Positions 19,215 through 29,186 of a DNA stretch of 64,000 nt are shown in pieces. Location: contig JBQCGH010000105.1 of assembly GCA_051955835.1 (NCBI GenBank), positions 41,242 to 105,241 of the forward strand. The letters run 5' to 3'. Numbering within the stretch: position 1 is the first letter of the stretch; each line of letters begins with the position of its first letter. The notes below the pieces were generated by a model. It was not told where the DNA came from. It saw nothing but the letters and a program-made list of their open reading frames with translations, and searched no databases. The translations under genes were made by a program, and so were the position numbers. The DNA is from Gemmatimonadales bacterium (GTDB lineage Bacteria; Gemmatimonadota; Gemmatimonadetes; Gemmatimonadales; GWC2-71-9).

Positions 19215-19784
19215 CTAGCCTGCCGCCGTCGAGGGCTGGCCCAGGCGGAGCTGTGAGCCGGTCGTCAGCGACAGGACTTCGACCCCGTCGGTCATCAGGG
19301 CCTCCCTGCCCCCTTGCTCGCGATCGACCACCGCGAGCACGCCGCGCACCCGCCCGCCGGCTGCCGTGACGGCGGCAATCGCCGTTTTCGCCGACCCGCC
19401 GGACGTGATCACGTCCTCGATGACGACAACTTCGTCGCCAGGGCGGAAATTGCCTTCGATCGTTCGCCCCATGCCGTGCTCTTTGGCGTCCTTGCGAACG
19501 CTGAAGGCGTCGATTGCGGGACCACTCGCCCAGCTCGCGGCGGCGATGGCGTAGGCGACGGGATCGGCTCCCATCGTGAGCCCGCCGACAGCCGCGGGCG
19601 TCCACCCCGCACTGCGAATCGCCGCGAGGCCGAGGCGCCCGATCAGGACCTGGCCTTCGGCGCTCATGGTGGTGAGGCGGCAATCGATGTAGTAGGAGGA
19701 ACGCTGACCCGAGGCGAGCAGAAAGTCTCCGTGGCGAACCGACCGCTCCAGCAAGAGCTGGCGAAGTCGGTCCGCGTCGGTCAC
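19215..19784 (-). CDS. pyrE: Orotate phosphoribosyltransferase
   Basis: GDFLLASGQRSSYYIDCR..., the PRPP loop VVVIEDVITSGGSA and VLAVVDREQGG. The GTG at 19784 overlaps the kinase stop (GTGA). Confidence 0.9.
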   Translation of the reverse strand: MTDADRLRQLLLERSVRHGDFLLASGQRSSYYIDCRLTTMSAEGQVLIGRLGLAAIRSAGWTPAAVGGLTMGADPVAYAIAAASWASGPAIDAFSVRKDAKEHGMGRTIEGNFRPGDEVVVIEDVITSGGSAKTAIAAVTAAGGRVRGVLAVVDREQGGREALMTDGVEVLSLTTGSQLRLGQPSTAAG

Positions 19785-20677
19785 TCTCCGCCCTTGCCGA
19801 AGAGCGAGGAGAGAAAGCCGCGCTTTCCCCCGCCCTGGCGGATGGCCGTGCACAACTCCTGGGCGAATTCGTCCACCGTCTTGGAACGCTTGCTCAGATC
19901 ACGCTCGAGCCCGTGCATGACGGCGGCCTCGAGTGGTGCCGGAAACCGAAGTCCTTTAACGGCTTGATTGAGCGGGACCGGTGCCTGTGTCAGTAGTTGC
20001 TGAAACAACTCCCGGGGGCTCTTCCCAGTGAACGGCAGTTCCTGGGTCAGCAGGTAATACGCGATCGTGGCCAGACTGTAGACATCCGCCTGCTCGTTCA
20101 CCAACTCGCCGCTCAGCGTTTCTGGTGCCACGTACTGGAGTGTCCCCACGAAGAAGCCCGCCCGCGTGAGCCGCTCCTCCGGGCTGAGCTCCGAGTCCCG
20201 CGCGATGCCGAAATCGAGCAGCTTGGCCGTCTGCGTCGCCGGGTCATACATGATGTTCGCCGGCTTGAGGTCGCGGTGGATGATGCCGGCCTGGTGCGCA
20301 CAAGAGAGGGCGGCACCCAGTTGCTCGACGATCGTCGCCACGAGTGGCGGGGCTAATTTGCCCGACCGGTTGACGAACTCGGCGAGCGGCTCGCCCTGCG
20401 CCCACTCGAGCGCCAGATAGTGCAGGCCGTCCGTGGCGCCGTAATCATAGGTCTGGACGATGTTGGCGTGACGTACGCGGGCACCGTACTCCGCCTCGCG
20501 CAGGAAGCGCTTCACCGCGATCGGATCCTGGGCTAGGCGGGGACGCAGGATCTTCACGGCCGCTCGGCCGCGGTCCGGGTGATCGGCCCGGTAGACGGTC
20601 GCCGTCCCGCCCTCGCCGATGTATTCGGCGAGGTGGTATCCGGCCACGGTGCGGCCCACCATGTTGTCAGCGTTCAT
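19781..20677 (-). CDS. Ser/Thr protein kinase, catalytic domain only (298 aa)
   Basis: IGEGGTATVYRA...AAVKIL (Gly-rich loop and VAIK-type Lys), IIHRDLKPANIM, DFGIAR and YVAPE are Hanks kinase subdomains. No sensor or TM domain follows. Confidence 0.9.
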   Translation of the reverse strand: MNADNMVGRTVAGYHLAEYIGEGGTATVYRADHPDRGRAAVKILRPRLAQDPIAVKRFLREAEYGARVRHANIVQTYDYGATDGLHYLALEWAQGEPLAEFVNRSGKLAPPLVATIVEQLGAALSCAHQAGIIHRDLKPANIMYDPATQTAKLLDFGIARDSELSPEERLTRAGFFVGTLQYVAPETLSGELVNEQADVYSLATIAYYLLTQELPFTGKSPRELFQQLLTQAPVPLNQAVKGLRFPAPLEAAVMHGLERDLSKRSKTVDEFAQELCTAIRQGGGKRGFLSSLFGKGGE

Positions 20678-20798
20678 GGAACCGCCAAGCTACCGAGAAT
20701 CCGAGCCCGCAGCAAGTTGCGTGGCCGCGCCTCGTGAGCGAGCTTAACCGTCCGTCTGGCGACTCGCGGGCGGAGCCGCCCTGTCCCTGGAGAGCTCG

Positions 20799-22139
20799 AT
20801 GCGCCGGTTGGTGATGTCCGCGATCCTGTGCGCGACTCTGTATGGCTGCGGCAGCTGGAGCCGGGTCGGCAGCGAGCGCGGGCCGTCGGCCTCCGAATCG
20901 CTCACCCGGGTGCTCAATGCCACGGAGTTCTACCGACGCCTCGGTCGGCTGGCCGCCGATCAGCCGTTGCCGTTTGTGGGCAACGTGGCGTTCGCCGCGG
21001 GGCCCGCGGATTCGGTCATCGGCGTGCTTGCGTTGTCGCTGGAAAACCGGGCATTCGCGTTCCAGCGGGAAGGGAACGTGTTCGTCGCGCGGTACCGGGT
21101 GAGCCTGTCGTTCCGGCGGCAAGGGGCCCCGTCGGTCGACGTCACTCGGGAGGAGATCGTCCGGGTGCCCACCTTTCAGGAGACCCAGCGGGCCGACGAA
21201 AGCGTGCTGTTCCAGCAGCTGCTTCGCCTTCTGCCCGGCACATATCACGTGAGCGTCACCGTGCGCGACGTCGGCTCGACCTCCGAGAGCCACGCCGAAG
21301 CCGACTACAGCACACCGAACTTCGCCGCCGGCACCACCAGCGCGCCGATCCTCACCTATCAGGCGACCGGCCGGGGAAACTTCACCGACCCGCTCAATCT
21401 CGTGCTCAATCCGCGCGGGTCGGTAGGCTACGGCAGCGACACGCTGCTGGCCTACATCGAGGGCTACAACTTCACCAAGCCGACCACGGTACCGCTCAAG
21501 GTTCTGGATGAGCAGCAGAACGTCGTCCATCAGAACGACCTGCGATTCCGCGGCGGCCACCAGGTGGAAAGCCAGGTTGTGCGTCTCTCGCCGGACAGCG
21601 TGGCCCTCGGCGAGTTGACCCTCGTCGTCGGGGAGGGACAGGCGGAGCGCAAGGTGTCCGCGCTGGTATCGTTCACCCAGGCCTGGGTGGTCACCAACTT
21701 CGACGAGATGCTCGATATCCTGCGCTACTTCGGGCACGATAACGAGATCAGCGCCATGCGGAAGGCACCCCAATCCGAGCGTGCCAAGCTCTGGCGCGAG
21801 TTCTACGTTTCCACGGACCCGAATACCACGACGCCCGAGAACGAGGCGCTGAACGCGTACTTCACCCGGGTGGCCCAGGCGAATCAGCGGTTCACCGACG
21901 AGGAGGAGCCGGGGTGGCGTACCGATCGTGGCGAGGTCTACATCAACCTCGGCCAGCCTGACGAGGTGGTCGAGAACACGCCCGGCACGACCGCCAACCG
22001 CATCGTGAAGTGGACGTACATCACCTACCGGTTGGAGCTGTATTTCCGCGACGAGAGCGGGTTCGGCCGCCTCAAGCTCGTGCCGACCAGCCGGGCCGAC
22101 TACGAGCGTACGCTCGCGAGATTGCGTCGGCAGGAATAG
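20799..22139 (+). CDS. GWxTD domain-containing lipoprotein
   Basis: Lipobox MRRLVMSAILCATLYGC. The C-terminal ...EEEPGWRTDRGEVYINLGQPDEV... is the GWxTD signature. Confidence 0.8.
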   Translation: MRRLVMSAILCATLYGCGSWSRVGSERGPSASESLTRVLNATEFYRRLGRLAADQPLPFVGNVAFAAGPADSVIGVLALSLENRAFAFQREGNVFVARYRVSLSFRRQGAPSVDVTREEIVRVPTFQETQRADESVLFQQLLRLLPGTYHVSVTVRDVGSTSESHAEADYSTPNFAAGTTSAPILTYQATGRGNFTDPLNLVLNPRGSVGYGSDTLLAYIEGYNFTKPTTVPLKVLDEQQNVVHQNDLRFRGGHQVESQVVRLSPDSVALGELTLVVGEGQAERKVSALVSFTQAWVVTNFDEMLDILRYFGHDNEISAMRKAPQSERAKLWREFYVSTDPNTTTPENEALNAYFTRVAQANQRFTDEEEPGWRTDRGEVYINLGQPDEVVENTPGTTANRIVKWTYITYRLELYFRDESGFGRLKLVPTSRADYERTLARLRRQE

Positions 22140-22326
22140 CGCTCGCTGGGCACCAGGCCTGAGCAGGGGGCCCTGAGCGCACAAGCCGGACACGGCCTGA
22201 AGCGCGCAGCTCGAGTCGCGCCGCAGCGTGCGGCGTGAAGGGCGGGAGTGGGGTAGGGGCCGGCGTCTTCTCTTGCCACCCGCGTAGCCAGCGATGGGGG
22301 TCGCCGACCGGCCTTATCTTCCGCAT

Positions 22327-25257
22327 ATGCCCAACCACACCCCACCCCGGCTCTTCCTGATCGACGGCTACGCGCTGATCTATCGCGCATTCTTCGCGAT
22401 GATCTCGCGCCCGCTGCGGACGACCAAGGGAGAAAACACGTCCGCCGCCTGGGGTGTGGTGAACTTCCTGCTCCGTCTCCGCGAGAAATACCGGCCCGAC
22501 TACGTGGCCTGGGTCAACGACGCCGGCACGTCGTTCCGCGAGGAGCGCTACCCCGACTACAAGTCCACCCGCGAGAAGCTCGACGACTCGCTCCAGGCCG
22601 ACTTCGACCGCGCGGTGGAGCGGATCTGCGCCTTGCTCGAGGCCTTCCGGATTCCGCTCGTCGCCATCCGCGGGTACGAAGCCGACGACGTGATCGGCAC
22701 CCTGGCAACCAAGGGTGCCGCGCACGGCCTGCAAGCGGTCATCGTTTCCGGCGACAAGGACTTCTATCAGCTCATCGGACCAGGCGTGTGCCTGCTCAAT
22801 CCGGGCCGGGGCGGGCCGGCGGCGGTCGACGAGGTCTGGGTCGACGAGTCGAACGGAGCGGAGCGTCTCGGGGTGGCCCCGAATCAGGTGGTGGATTTCC
22901 TCGCGCTGGTCGGCGACTCGTCGGACAACATTCCGGGCGTCCGTGGCATCGGCGAGAAGGGTGCCCAGAAGCTGCTGGCCGATTACGGCGACCTGGAGAA
23001 CATTCTCGCCCACGCCTCGGAGATCTCGGCCAAGCGTACTCGCGAGGCGCTGCTTTCCCAGACTGACAACGCGCGGCTGTCCAAGGAGCTCGTCACCATC
23101 CGGCGCGACGTCCCGGCGGAGCTCGACCTCCCGAGCATGGTGCTGCGCGAGCCCGACCGGGACACGCTGCTGCGGCTTCTCTCGGAGCTCGAGTTCTTCT
23201 CCCTGGCAAAGCGCCTCGGGGGACCCGGCGGGTCCACCGCCGCCGATGCCGCGGAGACCTCGCAGCCTGCCATCGAGTTGCCACCTCCGTCACAACCGGA
23301 TGGCTTCGGCGCGGCCGAGGTCGCCTCCAGCACGCTGGAGACATCCGGGCCCGCGGCGGCCGCGGCCGTCGCGACGCTGCCGGAAACGGCGGCGGACTGG
23401 CATGCCCTCGACGAGCAGTCGGCGCCGGATGTGGTGATCCTCGACGATCCGAAGGATCTGCCGGGGCTCGTCCGCCGGCTCCGGGCCGCGCCGCTGGTCG
23501 GTCTCGACGCGGAAACCACCTCGCTCGAGCCGCGGCGCGCGGCGCTGGTCGGCCTGTCGCTCGCCGCAAGCCCGACCGAAGTCTGGTACCTGCCGTTCGG
23601 CCACCGCGCGCCGGCCGGCGAACTCGCGGCCCCCGCACCGGTCACGAACCTTCCGTCGCTCGGCGACCCGGCGTTGGCGCCGCTCGCCGAGCTACTGCAG
23701 GATCCCGCGGTCAAGAAGGCCGGCCACAACATCAAGTACGACTGGCAGATCCTGCGCGCCGCCGGCATCGAGCTCGCGGGCGTCGCCTACGACACGATGC
23801 TCGAGAGCTTCGTCCTCGATCCCGGTCGGCGTTCGCTCGCCATCGACACGCTCTGCCTGGAGCATTTCGGCCGGACGCTTCAGACGTATGCCGACGTGGC
23901 GGGTCGCGGAAAGGCCGAGATCTCCTTCGCCGAGGTCCCGGTCCAGGCCGCGGCCGCGTACTGCGGGGCCGACAGCGGGGCCGTCCTCACGCTCCACGAG
24001 TTCTTCGCCCCCGCGCTGCGCGAGATCGCGATGGAGCCGCTGCTCCGCGAGATCGAGATGCCGCTGGTCCCCGTGCTGGTCGACATGGAATGGGAGGGCA
24101 TCTCGATCGATCCGGCGGTGTTCGCGCGACTCGACGCAGAGCTCGGCGCCGAGCTGCGCCGGCTGGAGGGCGAGATTGCCACCCTCGCGGGCGAAGCGCT
24201 GAATCTCAACTCACCGCGCCAGCTCGCCACCATCCTGTTCGAGAAGCAGCAGCTTCCGGTCCTCAAGCGCACCAAGACCGGCCCCAGCACCGATGCCGAC
24301 GTCCTGGAGCAGCTCGCCGCGATGGGCCATGCGCTACCGCAGCTCATCCTCGACTACCGCGAGCTGCAGAAGCTCAAGAGCACCTATGTGGACACGCTGC
24401 CGGCCACGGTGAATCCCAGAACTGGACGCATCCACACCAGCTTCAACCAGAACGGTGCGGCGACTGGACGCCTCAGCTCCTCCGATCCCAATCTGCAGAA
24501 TATTCCCATCCGCACGCCACGGGGCGAGGAGATCCGCCGGGGGTTCGTGCCGCGGGCGGGGTGGCAGTTCCTGGTGGCGGACTACTCGCAGATCGAGCTG
24601 CGCCTCATGGCGCACCTGTCGGGGGACCCGGCGTTCATTGAGGCGTTTCACCAGGGCGGCGACATCCACCGGCAGACCGCGGCGCTCATCTTCGGCGTTC
24701 CCGTCGACCAGGTCACGCCCGACATGCGCGCTCGCGCCAAGACGATCAACTTCGCCACGATCTACGGACAGGGTCCGTTCGCGCTGAGTCGCCAGCTCGG
24801 TATCGCGCAGGAGGACGCCCGGAGCTTCATCGCCCGCTACTTCGAGCGCTTCGCCGGCGTCCGGGCCTTCCTCGACCGCCAAGTTCGGCTGGCCCGGGAG
24901 CAAGGCTACGTCGAGACCTTGTTCAAGCGTCGCCGCTATATCCCCGAGATCAAAGACCGCAACTTCAACATGCGCGCGTACGGCGAGCGCAACGCGCAGA
25001 ACTCGCCGCTCCAGGGGTCCGCCGCAGACCTGATCAAGCTGGCGATGATCCGGATTCACGACGCCATCCAGGAGGGCGGTCTGCGGAGCCGGATGCTGCT
25101 GCAGGTACACGATGAGCTGGTTTTCGAGGTCCCACCCGACGAACTCGAACGGATGCGCGAGCTGGTCCAGGAGCACATGGAGGGCGTCGTCGAGCTGCGC
25201 GTGCCACTGGTCGTGGACATTGGGATCGGGCCGGACTGGCTCGACGCGAAGCGGTGA
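22327..25257 (+). CDS. polA: DNA polymerase I
   Basis: 5' nuclease (LFLIDGYALIYRAFFA, GDSSDNIPGVRGIGEKGA), 3'-5' exonuclease (LVGLDAETTSLEP) and Pol A palm motifs (DYSQIELRLMAHLS, RRRAKTINF-like RARAKTINFATIYG, QVHDELVFE). ATG 22327 is preferred over 22294 because a TATCTT box lies 6 nt upstream. Confidence 0.95.
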   Translation: MPNHTPPRLFLIDGYALIYRAFFAMISRPLRTTKGENTSAAWGVVNFLLRLREKYRPDYVAWVNDAGTSFREERYPDYKSTREKLDDSLQADFDRAVERICALLEAFRIPLVAIRGYEADDVIGTLATKGAAHGLQAVIVSGDKDFYQLIGPGVCLLNPGRGGPAAVDEVWVDESNGAERLGVAPNQVVDFLALVGDSSDNIPGVRGIGEKGAQKLLADYGDLENILAHASEISAKRTREALLSQTDNARLSKELVTIRRDVPAELDLPSMVLREPDRDTLLRLLSELEFFSLAKRLGGPGGSTAADAAETSQPAIELPPPSQPDGFGAAEVASSTLETSGPAAAAAVATLPETAADWHALDEQSAPDVVILDDPKDLPGLVRRLRAAPLVGLDAETTSLEPRRAALVGLSLAASPTEVWYLPFGHRAPAGELAAPAPVTNLPSLGDPALAPLAELLQDPAVKKAGHNIKYDWQILRAAGIELAGVAYDTMLESFVLDPGRRSLAIDTLCLEHFGRTLQTYADVAGRGKAEISFAEVPVQAAAAYCGADSGAVLTLHEFFAPALREIAMEPLLREIEMPLVPVLVDMEWEGISIDPAVFARLDAELGAELRRLEGEIATLAGEALNLNSPRQLATILFEKQQLPVLKRTKTGPSTDADVLEQLAAMGHALPQLILDYRELQKLKSTYVDTLPATVNPRTGRIHTSFNQNGAATGRLSSSDPNLQNIPIRTPRGEEIRRGFVPRAGWQFLVADYSQIELRLMAHLSGDPAFIEAFHQGGDIHRQTAALIFGVPVDQVTPDMRARAKTINFATIYGQGPFALSRQLGIAQEDARSFIARYFERFAGVRAFLDRQVRLAREQGYVETLFKRRRYIPEIKDRNFNMRAYGERNAQNSPLQGSAADLIKLAMIRIHDAIQEGGLRSRMLLQVHDELVFEVPPDELERMRELVQEHMEGVVELRVPLVVDIGIGPDWLDAKR

Positions 25258-25754
25258 CGACCGCCGCCCGGTTCGTCTGCAGCGATCCTGACGCGGGCGA
25301 CCTCGAGTTCGCCGGGGTCGAGGCCGTGCTCGACGCAATCGAGGCCGCGCTGATCGCGCCGACCACGCCGGTCTTCGATGCGGCACGCCAGAGCTGGCAG
25401 CCGGCCGCGCTGCACCCCGAGATCCGCGCCGCGTGGGCCGAACGGTTGCGGTTCCGTCCGCCGGTGCCCGGGCTCGGCCTTCCCGCACTGCCGTCGGTGA
25501 CCGCCCTCGTCCGCAGCCTGCCCGAGGATGAGCCCGGTGACGAGGCGCGCCGCCGCGCGGCCTTCGCCCGGGTGCGGAGCGGTGCGCCGCCCGCCCGGCC
25601 GGCGTCCGCGTCCGCCCGGGATCGCCGCCTCGCCGCCCTCGGGCTGGCGGTGGCGCTGGCCTTGCTTCTGATCGTCGGGTGGGCGGTGCTGTCCTTCGCC
25701 ACGCGATTGAGCAGCCTCGCCGCCAACGCCGTCGGCGTACGTTCGCCCCGCTAG
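25254..25754 (+). CDS. Hypothetical C-terminally membrane-anchored protein
   Basis: 166 aa. The GTG overlaps the polA stop (GTGA). The N-terminal ~55 aa weakly resemble a GYF_2/DUF4339-type domain (..VFDAARQSWQPAALHPEI..). C-terminal TM segment LAALGLAVALALLLIVGWAVL. Confidence 0.45.
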   Translation: MTTAARFVCSDPDAGDLEFAGVEAVLDAIEAALIAPTTPVFDAARQSWQPAALHPEIRAAWAERLRFRPPVPGLGLPALPSVTALVRSLPEDEPGDEARRRAAFARVRSGAPPARPASASARDRRLAALGLAVALALLLIVGWAVLSFATRLSSLAANAVGVRSPR

Positions 25755-25769
25755 CCGCCCGGTCAGTCT

Positions 25770-28055
25770 CTACCCCTGCAGCTCGGGCATCTCCGACGAC
25801 AGCCGGTTCCTGGGCCGAATTCTCCGCACCCCGGGCCACCAGTTCCACCGCCCCATCGCCTGCATGAACGCGGGCACCAGCACCATCCGGATCACGGTCG
25901 CGTCGAGCAGCACGGCGACGGCCAGCCCGAACCCCATGAGCTGCATCGCCAGCACGCGCGCGAAGGCGAAGATCCCGAATACCAGGATAATTATCAGCGC
26001 CGCCGAGGTGATCACCGAGGCCGTCGCGCTCAGCCCCTCCATGGTGGCCTCGGTATTTCGGCCGCTGCGGTCGAACGCCTCCTTGATGCGGCTCAGCAGG
26101 AAGACCTCGTAATCCATGCTGAGGCCGAACACGACGGCGAACACCAGCACGGGTACCGCCACGAAGATGGCGGACGTCGGGCCGTCGAGCCCGAAGAGCC
26201 GCGAGCCGACGCCGTGCTGGAACACCAGCACGATGAGGCCGAACGTGGCGCTCACGGACAAGGTGTTCATGATGATCGCCTTGATAGGCACCAGCAGCGA
26301 CCGGAACGCCACAGCGAGCATGATGGCGGTCGCGCTGAGGATCAGGACGACGAGCAACGGGAACCGCGCCAGGAGGTCGTCCTGGAAATCGAGCGCCGCG
26401 GCGGAGTACCCGCCGACCGTGATCCTCATGCCTTTGGTGCCGCGCAGCCCGGCCGTCGCGAGCTGCCGGGCTCGGATCACGACGTCCGTCGCGGTCGTGA
26501 GCGACGTCGTGTCGGCCAGAATGACGTCCAGCAGCGTGTAGCGGTGGTCGCTGCTCAGGTAGGCGTCGACGAAATCGGGGTACTTCGCACGGGCGGAGGG
26601 AAGGTCGCTGTAGAGGAGCGAGTACCCCAGCAGGCTTCCCCTGGGCTCAAGCGTCACCAGGCTCCGCACTTCGCGCACGCGGGGATCGGCGCGAAGCGAG
26701 TCACTGAGGGTCATGAGGCCGCGGAGGGAGCTGGCGTCGACCGCGCTCCGGCCGTGCGGCACCTCCACCAGCACTCGGACGGGCTGCACGAACCCCGCGA
26801 CCCCCATCGTGGAGAGCGCATCGAGTCCGGCACCGGCTTCCGTTCCCGTCGGCCACCAATGCCGGGAGGGCAGGCCGATCTTGATGAAGTACACGGGAAA
26901 GGTCAGGATCGCGATGACGGCGCCGCCGTAGGCCATCGCTCGGATGGGATGGCGGCTCAGCGTCCGCGCCCACTTTTCCCACACCTGCGGCGCATGGTAC
27001 CACGCGAGCCGCCGGGCGAGCCACCGGGGACGGTCGATGTTCCGGCCGAGGACGGCGAGCATCGCCGGCAGCAAGGTGATCGACAGCGTGACCGCCACCG
27101 CGACCACGATGAGCCCGCCAATGCCCACACTGCGCGTTTCGATCAACGGGGTGAGCAGCAGCGCACCAAAGCCGACGACGACCGTCAGCCCGGAGGTGAT
27201 GACCGCCCGGCCCGCCGTAGCGAGCGTATTGACCGCCGCAATCTGCCGGCGCGTGCCGCGCGCCAGTTCCTCGCGGAACCGGGTGACCACGAGCAAGGAG
27301 TAGTCGATTCCGACGCCCAGGCCGATCATCGTCGTCATGTTGAGCACGAACACGGACATGGGCGTGACGTGCGCGATGAGCCCGATGATCGAGAGCGAGA
27401 CGGCGATGGCCAACACGCCGATCACCAGCGGCAGCGCGGCCGCCACGAGCGCGCCGAACGCGAGCACCAGGATGACCAGCGTCAGGGGAAGCAGCCGCTT
27501 CTCGCCCCGCGCGCTGTCGCGCGTCACGACCGCGCGGACGTCGAGGTCGAGGGGCGCGCGCCCGGTGACGAGCGCGCGGTACGCGCCGCCATCGGGAATC
27601 CGTGCGATGGTCGTCCGGACCAGCCGGCGCACCGGCTGCACCAGCGATCCCGCGCTGTCGCCCCGCGCTTCGAGCGCCACGATGATGAAGGTAGAGCGCC
27701 GGTCCCGGCTCACGAACGTGGTGTCGCCCGTGGAGACGTATGATACGAGCCCGCGGATGTAGGGCTGGGCACGGAGCGCGTCGAGCAGGGTGTCGAGGGC
27801 CGCCCGGGGGCCGGGCGTATCGAACGATCCAGGCGCCTGGAGTGTGATCGCGAAGAATTCGCTGATGGGTCGGCTGAACCGGCTGGTCAGCAAATCTTCG
27901 GTGCGAGAGGCCTCGGTTGGACGGTCGCTTCCGCCGCGGATGTCGAGCAGGGCAGGGGTAGCGGGGGCTCGGACCAGCGCGACCCCCCCAATCACTACCC
28001 AGACCACCAACACCACCCAGCGCCAGCGGACCATCGCCCGGGCGAAACGGTCCAT
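25770..28055 (-). CDS. MMPL family (RND superfamily) transporter
   Basis: 761 aa with two 6-TM bundles and two periplasmic loops. N-terminus MDRFARAMVRWRWVVLVVWVVIGGVAL and GVGIDYSLLVVTRFREE / GLSMDYEVFLLSRIKE are repeated MMPL motifs. Confidence 0.9.
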   Translation of the reverse strand: MDRFARAMVRWRWVVLVVWVVIGGVALVRAPATPALLDIRGGSDRPTEASRTEDLLTSRFSRPISEFFAITLQAPGSFDTPGPRAALDTLLDALRAQPYIRGLVSYVSTGDTTFVSRDRRSTFIIVALEARGDSAGSLVQPVRRLVRTTIARIPDGGAYRALVTGRAPLDLDVRAVVTRDSARGEKRLLPLTLVILVLAFGALVAAALPLVIGVLAIAVSLSIIGLIAHVTPMSVFVLNMTTMIGLGVGIDYSLLVVTRFREELARGTRRQIAAVNTLATAGRAVITSGLTVVVGFGALLLTPLIETRSVGIGGLIVVAVAVTLSITLLPAMLAVLGRNIDRPRWLARRLAWYHAPQVWEKWARTLSRHPIRAMAYGGAVIAILTFPVYFIKIGLPSRHWWPTGTEAGAGLDALSTMGVAGFVQPVRVLVEVPHGRSAVDASSLRGLMTLSDSLRADPRVREVRSLVTLEPRGSLLGYSLLYSDLPSARAKYPDFVDAYLSSDHRYTLLDVILADTTSLTTATDVVIRARQLATAGLRGTKGMRITVGGYSAAALDFQDDLLARFPLLVVLILSATAIMLAVAFRSLLVPIKAIIMNTLSVSATFGLIVLVFQHGVGSRLFGLDGPTSAIFVAVPVLVFAVVFGLSMDYEVFLLSRIKEAFDRSGRNTEATMEGLSATASVITSAALIIILVFGIFAFARVLAMQLMGFGLAVAVLLDATVIRMVLVPAFMQAMGRWNWWPGVRRIRPRNRLSSEMPELQG

Positions 28056-28185
28056 CAGATTCAGAAGGTCCTCCCGGGTCCGGCCCGCCGTGAAAGTGGC
28101 AAAATGTTAGACGGCCAGGGGTTCCGGCGCCAGCGTGCCGGGCGGCGCTGGCGGCCGGAGCCGGGAGCCCTCCATATTGTCAGAT

Positions 28186-28977
28186 ATGCGGCGCCACCTG
28201 CTTCCCCTGGTCACCTTCGGCCTCCTGCTCCTGGTGCTGGCCGACCGGGCACTGGAGGCCACCCGGCGTTACCTGGTTGCCGCCGAGCCCGTGGCCAGCG
28301 AAACCCGCAGCGCCACCCCCGACTTGAGCCGTAGGGCCACCGCTCCCGCACGCCGGACGACGCGGACGGGAGTCGTCGACGATCGCCTGGCCCGCCTTGC
28401 CGTCCGCGAGGCGCTCACGCGCGAGGCGGGGTCCACGTACCTGGATTCGCTCATCCTCAGCACCGACTCGGTGGTGCGCCGCTGGCCCGACCGCTGGGGC
28501 GAGCCCATTAAGGTCGCGATCATCGAGGGTGGTGTGCCGGACTGGTCGCCCAAGATGGGCGACGATGTGCGGACCTCGCTGGACCGCTGGGAGAGCCTGG
28601 GCATCGGCCTCCACTTTTCCCTCGTGAGCGATACCAGCAAGGCGGATATCCTGGTGCGTTGGATCGACCATTTCGATTTCGACCGCGCCGGCCAGACAGA
28701 TCTCACGTGGGATCAGTCCGGCCGGGTACGGCGCGCGCTCGTATCCCTCGCCGTCCGCACCAATACCGGCGTGCTGCTGCCTGACGACGCGCTGCTATCC
28801 GTCGCCGTGCATGAGACCGGCCACGCTATCGGTCTTCCCCACTCCGCCGACTCGAACGACGTCATGTTCCCCGCCACCCGCACTGGCGTGCTGTCCGATC
28901 GTGACCGCCGGACCGCGGCCGTGCTCTACCGGCTGCCTCCCGGTCCCGTTCGTGAGGTCCTTGAGGGGGAGCGCTAG
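28186..28977 (+). CDS. Matrixin-like (M10 family) zinc metalloprotease, membrane/signal-anchored
   Basis: VAVHETGHAIGLPHSADSNDVMFP is the HExxHxxGxxH motif plus Met-turn. Start set at ATG 28186 (MRRHLLPLVTFGLLLLVLA), which has a -10-like box just upstream. Confidence 0.75.
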   Translation: MRRHLLPLVTFGLLLLVLADRALEATRRYLVAAEPVASETRSATPDLSRRATAPARRTTRTGVVDDRLARLAVREALTREAGSTYLDSLILSTDSVVRRWPDRWGEPIKVAIIEGGVPDWSPKMGDDVRTSLDRWESLGIGLHFSLVSDTSKADILVRWIDHFDFDRAGQTDLTWDQSGRVRRALVSLAVRTNTGVLLPDDALLSVAVHETGHAIGLPHSADSNDVMFPATRTGVLSDRDRRTAAVLYRLPPGPVREVLEGER

Positions 28978-29186
28978 CACGCGTTCTTCCCGCGCTTCCC
29001 CGGATGTGCTGCACGCCCTGCCGCTGGTCGGCGACTGCCAGGCACGATCGTTGCCGGCATGGCTGTCGGACTTCCCGACGAATTGATCCTACTCGTCCAT
29101 TCCCGCGGTTCGCGCGCCCACCGGCCTCTCCCCGGCGCTCCGGCGGCTCGACGGGCACGGACGCCGTCTTTTCCCTGGAGATTTGC

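Noticed and set aside
22240-22259. G-quadruplex-type run GGGCGGGAGTGGGGTAGGGG upstream of polA.
   Set aside because: Such G-runs are expected by chance in GC-rich DNA, and no supporting feature was seen.
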